This document shows positions 48,564 through 60,985 of a DNA stretch of 64,000 nucleotides, in pieces (positions within the stretch are counted from its first letter, which is position 1; the number at the start of each line of letters is the position of its first letter). Origin of the DNA: Octopus sinensis. Its lineage: Eukaryota. The stretch is taken from positions 1,054,001 through 1,118,000 of the forward strand of contig NC_043009.1 of NCBI RefSeq assembly GCF_006345805.1. Reading direction: 5' to 3'. Position numbers and translations under genes: made by a program. The notes beneath the pieces are model-generated. The model worked only from the letters and a program-made list of their open reading frames with translations, was not told the DNA's origin and ran no database searches.

Positions 48564-49084
48564 AATACATACAATGGGCTTCTTTCAGTTTCTGGCAAAC
48601 AGATCCTCATGCAAGGCCTTGATCAGCCTCAGGCTATAGAAGAAGACACTTGCCCAAAGTGCCACATACTGGGATTGAACCAGAGACCATGAGGTTGGGA
48701 AGTAAACTTCTTACTACGCAGCCACACATGCATCAGTATTGTTCGGAATTCCCCGTCATCAGCTCATTAATTTTTTAAACAAGTTTTTTTCCTTTTTCTT
48801 CCCTTGTTTTGGAGGGGGGTGGGGGTGTAATTTTTGTAACTTTTTGATTGAGTGGATCAGACAAGGTAGAACAGTGTCTAAAATCCTTTGTAGAGCCTCC
48901 AAGGCTAGGGTCGGGCTGGAGAGACATCCTCAGACTGGAAGTCTAGCCCATGGTAGAATAATTTTAATACACAGCAAGTTTCATTCTAAACCAAACAATG
49001 TTGGTGCAAAACATTAATTTCTCTTGTAAAGAAAAATGTTAAACTTAAATTTTTTTTTCTTAATTTTTCTATTTTTCCTCTCAG

Positions 49085-49195
49085 CTGATGACATGGGTCT
49101 TGGGAAAACTCTGACTATGATTTCCTTCATTATGAAACAAAAACAAGAAGATTCCAGCTTAGAAAAAAAAGAGGAAGAAGAATGGTTGAAAAAAG
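49085..49195 (+). CDS. TTF2: TTF2 coding exon 12 (ADDMGLGKTLTMISFI..., helicase motif I)
   Basis: Walker A motif; CTCTCAG acceptor, GTATGA donor, phase 1-1. Confidence 0.96.
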
Positions 49196-49768
49196 GTATG
49201 ATGTGTTCTTTTATTTGCATGCTCCTGTGAAATTTGCTGGTGAAACGAAATGGTTGAGTGGATAAGGAACTATCAAAATAATGAGTTCAAATCTCTGCCA
49301 GTGATTTGTCGTCTTTCTTAAGAGAACATATTACCCTACCTCATTTCAGTTCACTCCACCATGTTTGTTTCTCATCACCATCATTTACCATTCATTTTCC
49401 ATGCTGGCATGGGTTAGGTGGTTTCACTGGAACTGCTAAGCCAGAGAGCTGTACCAAGCTCCACTCTGATTTGGCTTGGTTTCTATGGCTCGATGCCCTC
49501 CTTAATGCCGACCACTCTAAGAGTGCCTTTTATGTGTCACCAGCACAGGCAACAACTACTATTTCACTTGGCTTCACATGTCTTCTCACATAGCATATCA
49601 TTAAAGGTCTTTGTCTTGATATCACCTGATAATCAGATAAGCATTGTCATGCCTTTCCAATATTTCGCAAAAACATGTCTTTCCGTAGAGAAATACTGTC
49701 TTATATTTTTAAACAGGTGAGGGTTGGTGACAGGAACGCCATCTGGCAGTAGAAAGTCTGCTTCAAAA

Positions 49769-49810
<42 letters not shown>

Positions 49811-49824
49811 ATAATAATGATAAT

Positions 49825-50060
49825 AGTAATAATAATTTCTTAAGTAACCAGAAAATAGATTTGGTATTAATCTTTATTTTGTACAACAGTTAGTTTGACC
49901 CTTCTACTGTCCATTATGGGTGGGAATCGTTCAATGCAATATGTTGAAAGAAGTCCCACCCATAAGGGACAATAGTAGGACAAGTCAAAACGACTGTTAT
50001 ATAAAATAAAGATTAATACCAAATCCATTTTCTGGTTACTTAAGAAATTATTATTATTAT
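49825..50060. repeat. Imperfect hairpin, ~100-bp arms
   Basis: AATTTCTTAAGTAACCAGAAAAT...TTATGGGTGGGA pairs with TCCCACCCATAA...ATTTTCTGGTTACTTAAGAAATT. Confidence 0.85.
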
Positions 50061-50846
50061 CGCAACAAACACTGTGGAATTCCTGTAGTAGATCCAACGG
50101 AAATACATCCCAACAGTAGATGACACCAGATTGCCCAAACGGTGCCAGTGCTTTACTCAACACTTCAACACACTAATTGACATGCACTCATTAGTCCAAA
50201 AATAATTGAACCAAATTCGATGACTGGCACCTGTGCCAGTGGAGCATTAACAGCTCCATCTGAGCAGGATCACTGCCAGAGCAGCTGTCTGGCTTCCGTG
50301 CCAGTGACATGTAAAAAGCACCATTTGAGTGTGATTGTTACCAGCGTCACCTTAGTGGAACTTGTGCCAGTGGCACGTGAACGAAACATTCGAGCGAGGT
50401 TGTTGCCAGTGCTGCTGGACTGACTCCTGTGCAGGTGGCACATAAAAAACACCACTTGAACGTGGCTGTTGCCAGTACCGCCAGACTGGCCCTCATGCCG
50501 CTGGCACATAAAAGCACCCACTACACTCTCGGAGTGGTTGGCGTTAGGAAGGGCATCCAGCTGTAGAAACACTGCCAGATCAAGACTGGAGCCTGGTGCA
50601 GCCATCTGGTTGCCAGTCCTCAGTCAAATCGTCCAACCCATGCTAGCATGGAAAGCGGATGTTAAACAATGATGATGATAGATACACACACACACACACA
50701 CACACTACGTATGTGCTCATACGCTTCAGGCATGTATATAAATACATCGTTTATCTTGCTATTTTTTGTACTTCCCACTTATCAAACCTGTTCAGTATTC
50801 TTGCTAAAGCCAACAGCTGATTTCTTCTGTGTCTTCCTTCACATAG

Positions 50847-51000
50847 ACAGCAGACATGTAATGAAGAGTAAATCCACCCTAATCATCACACCAGCTTCCC
50901 TGGTACACCAGTGGGGAAAAGAAGTTGAGGCCAGGTGCAAAAGAGGTTCGTTAGATGTCCTCATATACCATGGACCAAACCGAGAAAGGAATATCAATGT
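50847..51000 (+). CDS. TTF2: TTF2 coding exon 13 (TLIITPASLVHQWGKEV...YHGPNRE, motif Ia)
   Basis: CACATAG acceptor, GTAAGT donor, phase 1-2. Confidence 0.95.
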
Positions 51001-51788
51001 GTAAGTAATGCTAACATTGTTTTCTACTCTAAGCACAAGGCCCGAAATTTTTGGGAAGGGGACCAGTCGATTAGATTGACCCCAGTACGCTACTGGTACT
51101 TAATTTATCGACCCAGAAAGGATGAAAGACAAAGTCGACCTCGGCCGAATTTGAACTCAGAATGTAATGGCAGATGAAATACTGCAAAGCATTTCGCCCC
51201 TGCGTGCTAATGTTATTTCTTTACTGCCCACAAGGGGCTACACACAGAGGGGACAAACAAGGACAGACAAAGGGATTAAGTCGATTACATCGACTCCAGT
51301 GCATAACTGGTACTTATTTAATCGACCCCCGAAAGGATGAAAGGTAAAGTTGACCTCGGCGGAATTTGAACTCAGAATGTAACAGCAGATGAGATACCGC
51401 TAAGCATTTCGCCTGGCGTGCTAACGTTTCTGCCAGCTCGCTGCCTTAAGTAATTCAATCATTATCACCATAATGATAATGATGGTGATGGTCATTATTA
51501 TCAGTTCTCATCATTGCAATCACAATCAACACCATAAATATTATTGTGGCTATTTTCTTCACCATTGACATCTTGTCTTTTTTATCATCATCATCATCAT
51601 TGCCATCATCCTCATCCTCCTCCTTTCTGCTATCATAAACATCGCCATCAACATCATTGTTATCATCATTATCATCACCAATATTATTGTAGCATCACAG
51701 CTTCTACGTTGACAAATCTTTGAATTTACGTCTTATAATCTTTGTCTTCTCCCTGAAGTCTGTACTAATATACATAAAATTCTTTCAG

Positions 51789-51918
51789 GATAACCTCTAA
51801 GGATATTGTTCTCACTACATATAAGGTTGTTAGTTTGGAAATTGGACGGAAGGAAGACACTGCAATTGCTGACCGATCTCTCACTGAAGAAGAAGAGAAT
51901 GAGGTAGAAAATGAGGCA
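51789..51918 (+). CDS. TTF2: TTF2 coding exon 14 (ITSKDIVLTTYKVVSLEIG...ENEA)
   Basis: TTTCAG acceptor, GTAAGT donor, DIVLTTY motif, phase 2-0. Confidence 0.9.
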
Positions 51919-52103
51919 GTAAGTAGAAATTTTATACTGTTGTTGTTGCCATTGATGAAAACACTTACTTCTATTGATACGAAGCCATATTGAATTATTG
52001 ATATTTAAACTGAAAATGTGATTGAAATCTTGTTACAGCGTGAATGACAATGAGATTTCAGTTGGTTAACACTAACTTGATGCCTGCCAACATTTAAACT
52101 AAT

Positions 52104-52172
52104 GTCAGGATGGCCGAGTGGTCTAAGGCGCCAGACTCAAGGTACATATGATGCACCTTGACCGGAACATTC
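52104..52172 (+). pseudogene. Truncated tRNA-Leu(CAA): complete 5' exon, intron and 3 nt of the 3' exon
   Basis: GTCAGGATGGCCGAGTGGTCTAAGGCGCCAGACTCAAG matches the metazoan Leu-CAA 5' exon as I recall it. A 28-nt intron pairs with the anticodon. There is no T arm or B box. Confidence 0.8.
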
Positions 52173-52654
52173 AGATGTTTTAATTCTTATGCTCGTGCAG
52201 GAAAGGTTATGTCAATTCCCAACCAATGGATCTTGCCCCTGCAGCATTAGTTTTGGAGGGAAAAAGTAAAGCCAGATAATTTTCAAATGCACCTTGTACT
52301 GTTTATACAACGTGTTTTCCTTTCCTGAAATAAAAAATAGCATCAAATGGCAAGAATGTATCTCATTTCCCTCCATTGTCATTTTCAATAAAGTGTCCAC
52401 TTCAATGATATAAAAAGATTTGTTGAAATATTGCCTTTCAGGAAATATGTGTTATATGCTTGTGCCATATGAAAAAAAATAGGTGTTTAAACGCTACCAA
52501 GTGAAAAATGGTGCAAACCCTCACCCATGTTTGTGTGTGGGGGTGTATATATGATGTGCACTTTTTTTATACAAAATTAAGGATAAAACCACTTTAATGA
52601 TTTTATCAAGTGGCCAGCATGGAATAATAAAAACCATACAGGTTACATATTATA

Positions 52655-52841
52655 CTAATTTATAATTATATAATATAATTATATTAAAGGGTGTAGATAA
52701 CCCCCACCAACACGCTAGAAATAGATGCCAAATGGTTCTAAAAACCACATTGTGTAGATGTGGTTTTTAGAGCCATTTGGCGTCATTTTCTAGCATGTTG
52801 GTGGAATTTATCTGCATCCTTTAATATATATTATAAGTTAG
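52655..52841. repeat. Imperfect hairpin, ~70-90-bp arms, 7-nt loop; related sequence at ~22400-22570
   Basis: CCACCAACACGCTAGAAA...CTAAAAACCACAT / ATGTGGTTTTTAG...TTTTCTAGCATGTTGGTGG. Confidence 0.82.
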
Positions 52842-53305
52842 TATGTATATATGATGTGTGTATAGGTGCAGGAGTGGCTGAGTGGTAAGAAGCCTGCTTA
52901 CCAACCACATGGTTCTGGGTTCAGACCCACTGCATGGCACCTTGAGCAAGTGTCTTCTACTATAGCCTCGGCCTTGTGAAGCCTTGTGAATAGATTTGGT
53001 AGATGGAAACTGAAAGAAGCCCATTGTATTTATGTCTGTGTAGGTTTGTAATTTGTGTCTGTGTTTGTTCCCCTACCATCACTTGACAACCGATGTTGGT
53101 GTGTTTACATCCCTGTTAATTAGCGGTTTGGCAAAAAGTGACCGATAGAATAAGTACTAGGCTTACAAAGAACAAGTCCTGGGGTCAATTTGTTTGACTA
53201 AAGGTGGTGCTCCAGCATGTCCACAGACAAATACCAGAAACAAAAGAATAAAAGAATATGTACACACACACACATATATGTACTGTTTATACGTATACCT
53301 ATTTG

Positions 53306-53339
<34 letters not shown>

Positions 53340-53773
53340 TATACCTATTTGTATATATATATATATACATATATATACCTATTTGTACATATATATCCCG
53401 TCCATTTGTGTCCGCTGCCAGCCTTGCCTGGCCCCCGTGCTGGTGGTACGTAAAAGCACCATCCGTTCGTGTCCGTTGCCAGCCACGCCTGGCCCTCGTG
53501 CCGGTGGCACGTAAAAGCACCGTCCGTTTGTGGCTGTTTGCCAGCTCCGTCTGGCACCTGTGCGGGTGGCACGTAAAAAGCACCCACTACACTCACGGAG
53601 TGGTTGGCGTTAGGAAGGGCATCGAGCCGTAGAAACACTGCCAGATCAGACTGGGCCTGGTGCAGCCTCCTGGCTTCCCAGACCCCAGTTGAACCGTCCA
53701 ACCCATGCCAGCATGGAAAACGGACGTTAAACGATGATGATGATGATGTATGTGTATTTCTCTTTCGTTTCAG

Positions 53774-53964
53774 GTGTGTCAAGGTAAATTGCCACTGCTG
53801 TTGCAAATACATTGGAAGAATGTCATTCTTGATGAAGCTCATGATATTCGAAACTATAAGTCCCTCACTGCAACATCAGTTACTCGATTAAAAGCTTCGT
53901 CCAGGTGGATGTTGACAGGTACACCCATCCAGAATAAATTGTTAGATATGTATTCTCTACTCAG
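53774..53964 (+). CDS. TTF2: TTF2 coding exon 15 (WKNVILDEAH...WMLTGTPIQNKLLDMYSLL, motifs II-III)
   Basis: TTTCAG acceptor, GTGAGA donor, DEAH and TGTPIQN motifs, phase 0-2. Confidence 0.96.
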
Positions 53965-54089
53965 GTGAGAATTTTGCTTTGTATATTTTCTACTTTTTGT
54001 CTTGAAAAGCATTTGGACATTTTTGAAGTTTTTGGTTGGTGGAAAGATGGGCAGTTTTTTATTCATCATTATCAGTTTATTCTACATCA

Positions 54090-54345
54090 ACTACTTTTTA
54101 TTCTTCCTCTACTTGCTGCTCCTCTTCTTATTCTTCTTGCTCTTCATCCTCTCATTCTTCCTTTACTAATTCTTCTTTCTCCTCTTTTTCTTCCACTTCT
54201 TCTTATTCCTCCCTTTCTCCTCCTCCTCTTCTTATTCCCCTCCTCTTTTTGCTCTCCTCCTGTTAATCCCCTTCTTGCTCTCCCCTTATTCTTCCTCCTC
54301 CTCTTATTTTTCCTCTTCTTATCCTCCCTCCTCTTCCCCCTCATC
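54090..54345. repeat. Polypyrimidine (CTT/CTC) low-complexity tract
   Basis: Direct reading. Confidence 0.85.
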
Positions 54346-55694
54346 AATAGCAATCATATTACTATGTTCAGTCTGAGTTGAAGCTCTTCTCTCACTTTCT
54401 TGCAGCTGTTTCCATAGGTTCATTTCTTTATTCATTTGTTTTACATCAGTTATTTTCCCTTCCTGTATGGGTTAGATGGATACATATCTCCAAGGTATTG
54501 CTTTACAGCCAGATGTTATCCCTGTTACTAACTCTTACCTGTTTTTTTTTCCAAGTTAGGAGTGTATTTCATTCTTCCCATCTTTGAAAACACACATCTA
54601 GAGGATGATTTGTTGACGGATAATATCAACAACGTTCACCATTTGTTGTTCATGTTTCATGGGAAAAATAGAATGTAAACATTCAAACACACACTGACAC
54701 ACAGACGAGGGGTTGCTGAAAAGATCCTGGCTTTAAGGGTATCGTGAAAGGCCTAGTTGGAAGCCCAACCTTCTGAGTTCTTGTACATGGCTTAGAAAAA
54801 CTGAAGGACCAATGCATTAGGTGTGTGAATTTGAGAGGGGTATGTGTTGAATATAACCATAATCAACTGATCCTCTTGTATTTTCTTTTACCCAAAGTCA
54901 GGAACTTTATAGCACCCCCTCGTATGTGGACATGTGTATTAGATTAGGTTAGATTGCCCATATTTAGTCCACTGCAGGATGAAGTCCTCAGCACGAGTTC
55001 TCCATCAACCAGTCTGATGTGGAGGCTGTGAATTTGAGCTTGAGATCAGACTGGTTCAGTGAGCGCACCCTGCTACACTGACTTGACATGGTTGGGCAGT
55101 GGGATGCAGTTTTTATACTCAGGAGTAATCAAGTCAATGACATCAACCCCAGTGCTCAATTGGTATTTATTTTATCAACACCAAAAGGATGAAAAAGCAA
55201 AGTCAACCTCAGTGGAGTTTGGAATTAGAGTGTAAAGACAGCTGAAATACTGCTAAGCATTTTGCCCAGCATGCTTACAACTGTCAGCTTTCTGCCTTGT
55301 GTATACATTTATAATACATGCCAAAGCAGACAGTGGAACCTGGTGCAGTCATCTTCTGGCTTCCCAGACCCCAGTCAAACCTTCCAACCCATGCCAGCAT
55401 GGAAAAAGGATGTTAAATGATGATGATATGCATATACATTTACATATCTCTACATGTATGCACACACAAATATGTGCGTGAATATCTGAAACTATAGTAG
55501 GAGACACCTGGGATTGAACTTAAAACCATGTATTTGCAAAGTGCCCTTCTTAACCATGTAACCCAAGTAAAGCTCTGAATGTAAGCTGCTGGAACGCATG
55601 TCTGCTTTCCACTCATTTACCATCATGTGGATGATGTCTTGGGCAACACTAACAACTTATTTACTTGTTTCCATTATTTTCCTCTTGAATTCAG

Positions 55695-55759
55695 ATTCCT
55701 ACGTTTTAGACCATTTGACGAATATAAAGTATGGAAAAATCAGGTGGAAAGCAACGAGA
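55695..55759 (+). CDS. TTF2: TTF2 coding exon 16 (FLRFRPFDEYKVWKNQVESNE), ends at a GC donor
   Basis: TTCAG acceptor. Only the GCAAGT donor at 55760 gives the phase 1 required by the next exon. Confidence 0.85.
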
Positions 55760-56040
55760 GCAAGTATTTCCTTTCTTTTACCTTTTTTCTTTCTTTTTAT
55801 TTTAAAGTCGGGCATTTATGGCGATTCCAATGAGAGTGATCCAAGACAATCAAACTGAGGATAAGAGAAGTTGTGAACAACTGGCAGTTGAGAGATAGGC
55901 ATCTTTATCTCCTGAATTATTTTTGTCATTCTGTCCATTCGTTTACCTGCAATTGCTACTCTTCAGCTGTATTTTCAACAATACATGGTTAATAAAAACC
56001 ATGTGTGCTAAAATTTTGTCCTTATTATGTAAAATCGTCT

Positions 56041-56178
56041 CTATATAGTTGTGCGACTCATCCCAAAAGATTGTGCCGTTGCTATCACTTTTTCACAGTG
56101 TTTTATCACAGCCAGTTTATCTTCCAGCGCTATAGCATGGCGCTTAGCGCTTTCACTATGAATTTTCTTCGGAGCCAT
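56041..56178 (-). mobile_element. Tigger/pogo transposase N-terminal fragment (MAPKKIHSESAKRHAIALEDKLAVIK)
   Basis: HTH-psq-like start, paralogous to the start at 58790. A Tigger-like TIR (CAGGCATACCTCGAC on the minus strand) ends at 56654. Confidence 0.6.
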
Positions 56179-56879
56179 GGGGACAAAAAATAAAGTCACA
56201 AATGAATGAGAATGAGAAAGTAGCCAATAAACTGACCTAAGCAAATCTGAATTCAAAACAATCACGGGAATCACGTGTGATAATGACACCTAACAGTAGA
56301 TATTGGAACTACAGTGCAATATGAGCTCCGAAAGACCGATAAATAAAACAACACAGCTGATTTCATGATTTCGTTCACTAAGCTACACTACTTTATGGTG
56401 TGTGTCTTAACATTTACTGTACGTATTTTAATATGATTTTATATGCTTTTATTCTTATTTATTGTACAGTAACCTGATTTTATGTGCTTTTAACGGTTCT
56501 CTAGTGATTTCACGATTCCAATATTTGTGGTGGACAGACGTAAAGTCGAGTAAAATGACTTAACTTGATTTTTATTTTTCTATATATTATTTTTGAAAAC
56601 TGATGTATAATTGGGAACGACTAAAATCAAAATGACTAAGTCGAGGTATGCCTGTACGTGTAATAATTAAAACCTAGGCTAGCCTAAATTGTTTTTATGT
56701 TAGCCTGTGAATTTGGTAAATTGTTAGGCAAGCCTTGGCTGCTTTTATATTAGAAGGAAATAATTTCAAATACTGTACTGTTACCTACCTGATGGCTGAT
56801 GTAGGTGTTACTTGTTGAGGCTGGTGTAAGAGGAGGAGGAGATTACTCACTAGGATGTCGATGGTTGGGGATGGTCAGC

Positions 56880-58790
56880 TGACTCCTATTCCGATGGTGT
56901 AGATCGTTGTGTGAACTCGTCTAAAGTTCCTTGAACTGTCTTTTTCTTCTTCTCTTCAAGGATTAGGTAATAAGTTGCAAAAGTATCTTGACAACCCCCA
57001 ATATTTTTACAAAACATTGGGGGTTGTGCACTGGGATCCATTTCCTCAATTAAAGCAAGACATTTATCTTCATGAGAAAAAGCCTCTTGCATTTTCTTCA
57101 ACGTAAAATGATTAGTCCTGGGATCAGGTTTTTCTTCTTCCTTTTTCTGTCGTTAATCAAGTTCCTTCAACTCTTTGTTTATCGGGGACTGTTTATCTTT
57201 TTCAAATAATTCATTAAAATCCTCTTCTCCCAACTCCAATTCCAGTTCATTGCTCAACTCCACCAACGTCTTGTTCTCAACAACATTGTCAAAGCCCTTA
57301 AAGTCACTGACAAATTGTGGGCACAGTTCCTTCCACACACCATTCAGAGCCGTGGTCTTCATCTCATTCCTCACAGCTGCTATGTTCACTATGGCTTTGC
57401 AGATGTCATAACTTTTCCAAAAGTCATGGACTGAAATGCTTTCGTCGATGTCAGTTGCACATATTGCTTGGTGTAATGTATGCTTTATATAATAGCACTT
57501 AAAGATGGCAATTATCCCCTGGTCAGTTGGTTGCAGCAGTGAGGTAGTGTTAATGGTAACATTGGGATGGATACCTCTGATGTTTTACGGGTGGCCTGGA
57601 GTGTTATTTAAGACAAGCAGAACTTTAAAAGGAACTCCCTTTAGCCTTACAGTACTTTTCTGCTTCAGGAACAAAATGATGGAAAAGCCATTCTTCAAAA
57701 TTAATGACAGTGACCCAAGCCTTTGAATTAGCCATCTATATTACAGGAAGGGATGCCTTAGGTACGTTCTTAGGAACTAGGGTGTTCAGCGCATGATACA
57801 CAAGCAGTGGTTTTAGCTTGCTATCACCTGCACAATTACCTCCCAACATCATCAACATTAAGGTCAAACATTCTTTTGATATTTTGTAACCAGGAATTCT
57901 TTTCTCTTCCTTGGATATGAAAGAATGATCTGGTAATTTTTTCCAGTAGATACCGGTTTCATCAACATTGAATATTTGTTCAGGTAGAAATCTATTGTGG
58001 AGGCACATGGCCTAGTGGTTAGAGCAGTGGACTCGCAGTCAAGGGATCGCAAGTTCGAATCTCAGACCGGGTGATGTGGGTGTTTATGAGTGAAACACCT
58101 AAGCTCCACGTAGTTCCGGCAGAAGGTAATGGCAAACTTCTGCTGACTTTTTCGCCACAACTTTCTCTCACTCTTTCCTCCTGCATCTTGCAGCTCACCT
58201 GCGATGGACCGGCGTCCTGTCCAGGTGGGGAACCTATATGCCAAGGAAACCGGGAAACTGGCCCTTATGAGACAGGCATGGCTCGAGAAGGAACAAACAA
58301 TAGAAATCCATTATCTTTAATAATCTTCGCTAATGTAGCAGGAAATTCCACTGCAGCAACATCATCAGCTGATGCACTTTCACCTTGTTTTTTGAGAGAG
58401 TGCAAATTCTGCTGCTGCCTTAAATTCTACGTCTTTCTCATCTGAATATTTTTTTTTCAAATCTTCAAACAAAGACAATGCTTTCTCCTGAATTATTTCC
58501 TGTCTGCAATTTGCTTGCTGACGATTCTGCTTTTCAATCCAAAAGGCAAGAAGCTCTTCCATCTCTTTGTAGATTCGTCCTCTTGTTGATGATAATGTTT
58601 TTCATCGCTGGAACATCATCTTTCAGATGTGCCATAATCCTATCTTTACGGTTTTACGGATCATCCCAAACGATCATGCAATGGCTACAATCTTTTCATC
58701 CTCTTCGTATCGTTTCATCACATCCACTTCATCTTCCAACAATATAGCTTTGCGCTTACCAATTTCACTAGGATTCTTTTTCGGAGCCAT
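56880..58790 (-). mobile_element. Decayed Tigger/pogo transposase, interrupted by a SINE
   Basis: MAPKKNPSEIGKRKAILLEDE; CENP-B-like HTH (MEELLAFWIEKQ...IQEKALSLF); DDE segments IFNVDETGIYWKKLP and GVWKELCPQFV. Confidence 0.88.
57999..58300 (+). mobile_element. tRNA-derived SINE nested in the Tigger element
   Basis: A box TGGCCTAGTGG, B box GTTCGAATC, (CAAA)n tail, TSD TAGAAATC(T/C)ATT. Confidence 0.85.
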
Positions 58791-59699
58791 GGGGCTAAAA
58801 GGGCTAAAATGTAAATTGCAAAAATATCAGAAATACCAAATTTTACAGCATAGTCAACATGAACACATTTGAAAAGCTTGCAGCTGGCGCATGAATGCCA
58901 CCTATCAGAAAACATCTGAACTAGTACACTTGTTGTAATTTGTATTACTTTTAACCTGTAACTTTTAATGCTTTTGTTTTTGAATGAAATTTAATTCTTG
59001 ATGATGCATTCTGTACTTTAACATTAATTTTAATATGCTATACAGATTATGTTTCTATTGCTTTTTTTAAAAATTTATTTCCCGATTACAAGTGTAACCA
59101 ATCAATACAACCCAGGACTAATAGTACAGTTTAGTATGAACATTATTGCTGTTTTGCCAGGCAATGTAAATTAATACTGTATTGAATATTTATTTAATAT
59201 TCTAGAAAGACTGATGTATCTTCGGAAATGACGTAAGTCGTTTCAACTTAACCAGAGATATATGTGTATACAGTAATCCCTTGGCATATCGTTTCTACTT
59301 CGCAGATTTTCACCTATCATTGGGTGTTTTGGAATGTAACACCTGTGATAGTTGAGAGATTACTGTACACACACATTTACATATATACACTGGGTTTTTG
59401 GGTTAAATTTGATTTTTATATCTCCTTTTTGGCAAACAGTCAATGGCAATGTAGAACATGAAGAAAAAAGCTGTAGTTGAGAAAAAGTTAGTTGAAGTGG
59501 AGGACTGGAAAGCATCCGAATATTGGAAAAGAGTTGCCTGTATCTGGATGATTCACGCTTGACATCAAAATGCCGATGTTATGACTGCTGTTCAATCCTC
59601 TGTGAACACTGTAAAGGCTGTAAGATGTGACATGGACAGTTGCAATGAAGGCTATGAAGCCATGGCCGGCAGGAAGGGACGCAGCAGGCATTCTGACTG

Positions 59700-60075
59700 C
59701 ATCCACATGACAGAATTTATCCCAGATCTTTGAATGGGGTTTAGGATCAATTCAGATAGCTATGTGAAGCTGCTGGAGGCTGGTCAGTCGCTGACCGGAG
59801 AGGGTTTCTGTTGGAAGGTCATGTGTGGCAGTAAGATCTGGCACCTCAACATTCCTCCAGAAGAAAGAGTCAAAAGTGGTTGTTGGAGAATTTTGGGGAC
59901 TTTGCCAGCCTCAGTTTCTGACCTCCTAACCTCCCTGATTGTAATTCCATAGATTGCAAGGGGCATGGTTGAGAAAAACACCTTCTGCTCTGCCAGCAGC
60001 CCCAAGGCTGAGCTGGTGGCCAAGATTAAGGAAGTGTTTGAAGCTCTTCCCAGGGACACAGTTAGGAATGCAATG
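59700..60075 (+). mobile_element. Tc1/mariner-superfamily (maT-like) transposase C-terminal remnant
   Basis: WQ*DLAPQHS...QKWLLENFGDF...PPNLPDCNSID-like decayed motifs. Confidence 0.55.
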
Positions 60076-60985
60076 TTTATGTCACCATAACTTAGCAGTT
60101 CAACAAACGAGATCAATAACAAAAGTACCAGACTTAGAAATATGTTCTAGGATCAATTTGTTCAACTAAAACCCTTCGATGCTGTACAATGACTGAAACA
60201 AGTGAAAGAGAACAGAAAGATTGGCACAAGTCTTTGAGTTTTTAAAACAAAAGAAATGGGAGGTCTGGGTGTTTCCAATGGCATTAATCCTTTTGTTACC
60301 ATATTTCTCTTGGTGTGTATGTATATATATATATATATATACATATACACACACACACATACATACTACCTTTCTCTTGGTATATGTACACTACCTTTGT
60401 TTGAAGTAATTTCAAAAACAGTGAAGAATTCTGTCGTTATTAAGCTGGTGTTTAGAACATAAATTAACATGAAATGGTAGGTTTTAAGTTAAAACCCTTC
60501 AAGAGAAGAAATTTCTTTCACAGGTGTAGGGGCAGTTTTAGGCTGGTTGGTATCGAAAAGGTTAATAGCTTCAGCCATCAATTAGATGTCCAGCGGTTAG
60601 CTTGCCAAAATTCTCCAGTCTCCTCCGTGTCGTGCTGGATGCATACACTCAGCCATTTTCTTGTCTCCGGTCCAATCTTTGATCTCGTTAGTCCCTGTGC
60701 ATCCTTTCCAGTCGCTTGCTCTCTTCTTCTGAACACTTCTTGTGAGGATAGTCTTTGGTGCTGGATACACTTTTCATCATATTCTTCTTCACCTGATTCC
60801 CGATAAAGGTGTCTTTAGACTTTTGGCTTTCTTGCAGTACAGCATGTGACTCTGTTTTCATTGTTTATGTAAGGTGAAATAATGTTTTAATATTTTATTA
60901 AGGCATTGTGGAACTAATAACCAGGTGTAGAACTCAATATATGTATGCTTTAGAAAGAAATATTAGACGAATATAGACCTGTAAG

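Noticed and set aside
52050-52260. Permuted or split tRNA-Leu gene
   Set aside because: No 3' half or T arm was found upstream, downstream or elsewhere in the window by eye.
53965-54381. 138-aa hydrophobic, membrane-like ORF
   Set aside because: It is the translation of a CTT/CTC low-complexity intronic tract.
55744-55765. Canonical GT donors for exon 16
   Set aside because: Phase 0 and phase 2 both put exon 17 out of frame with immediate stops.
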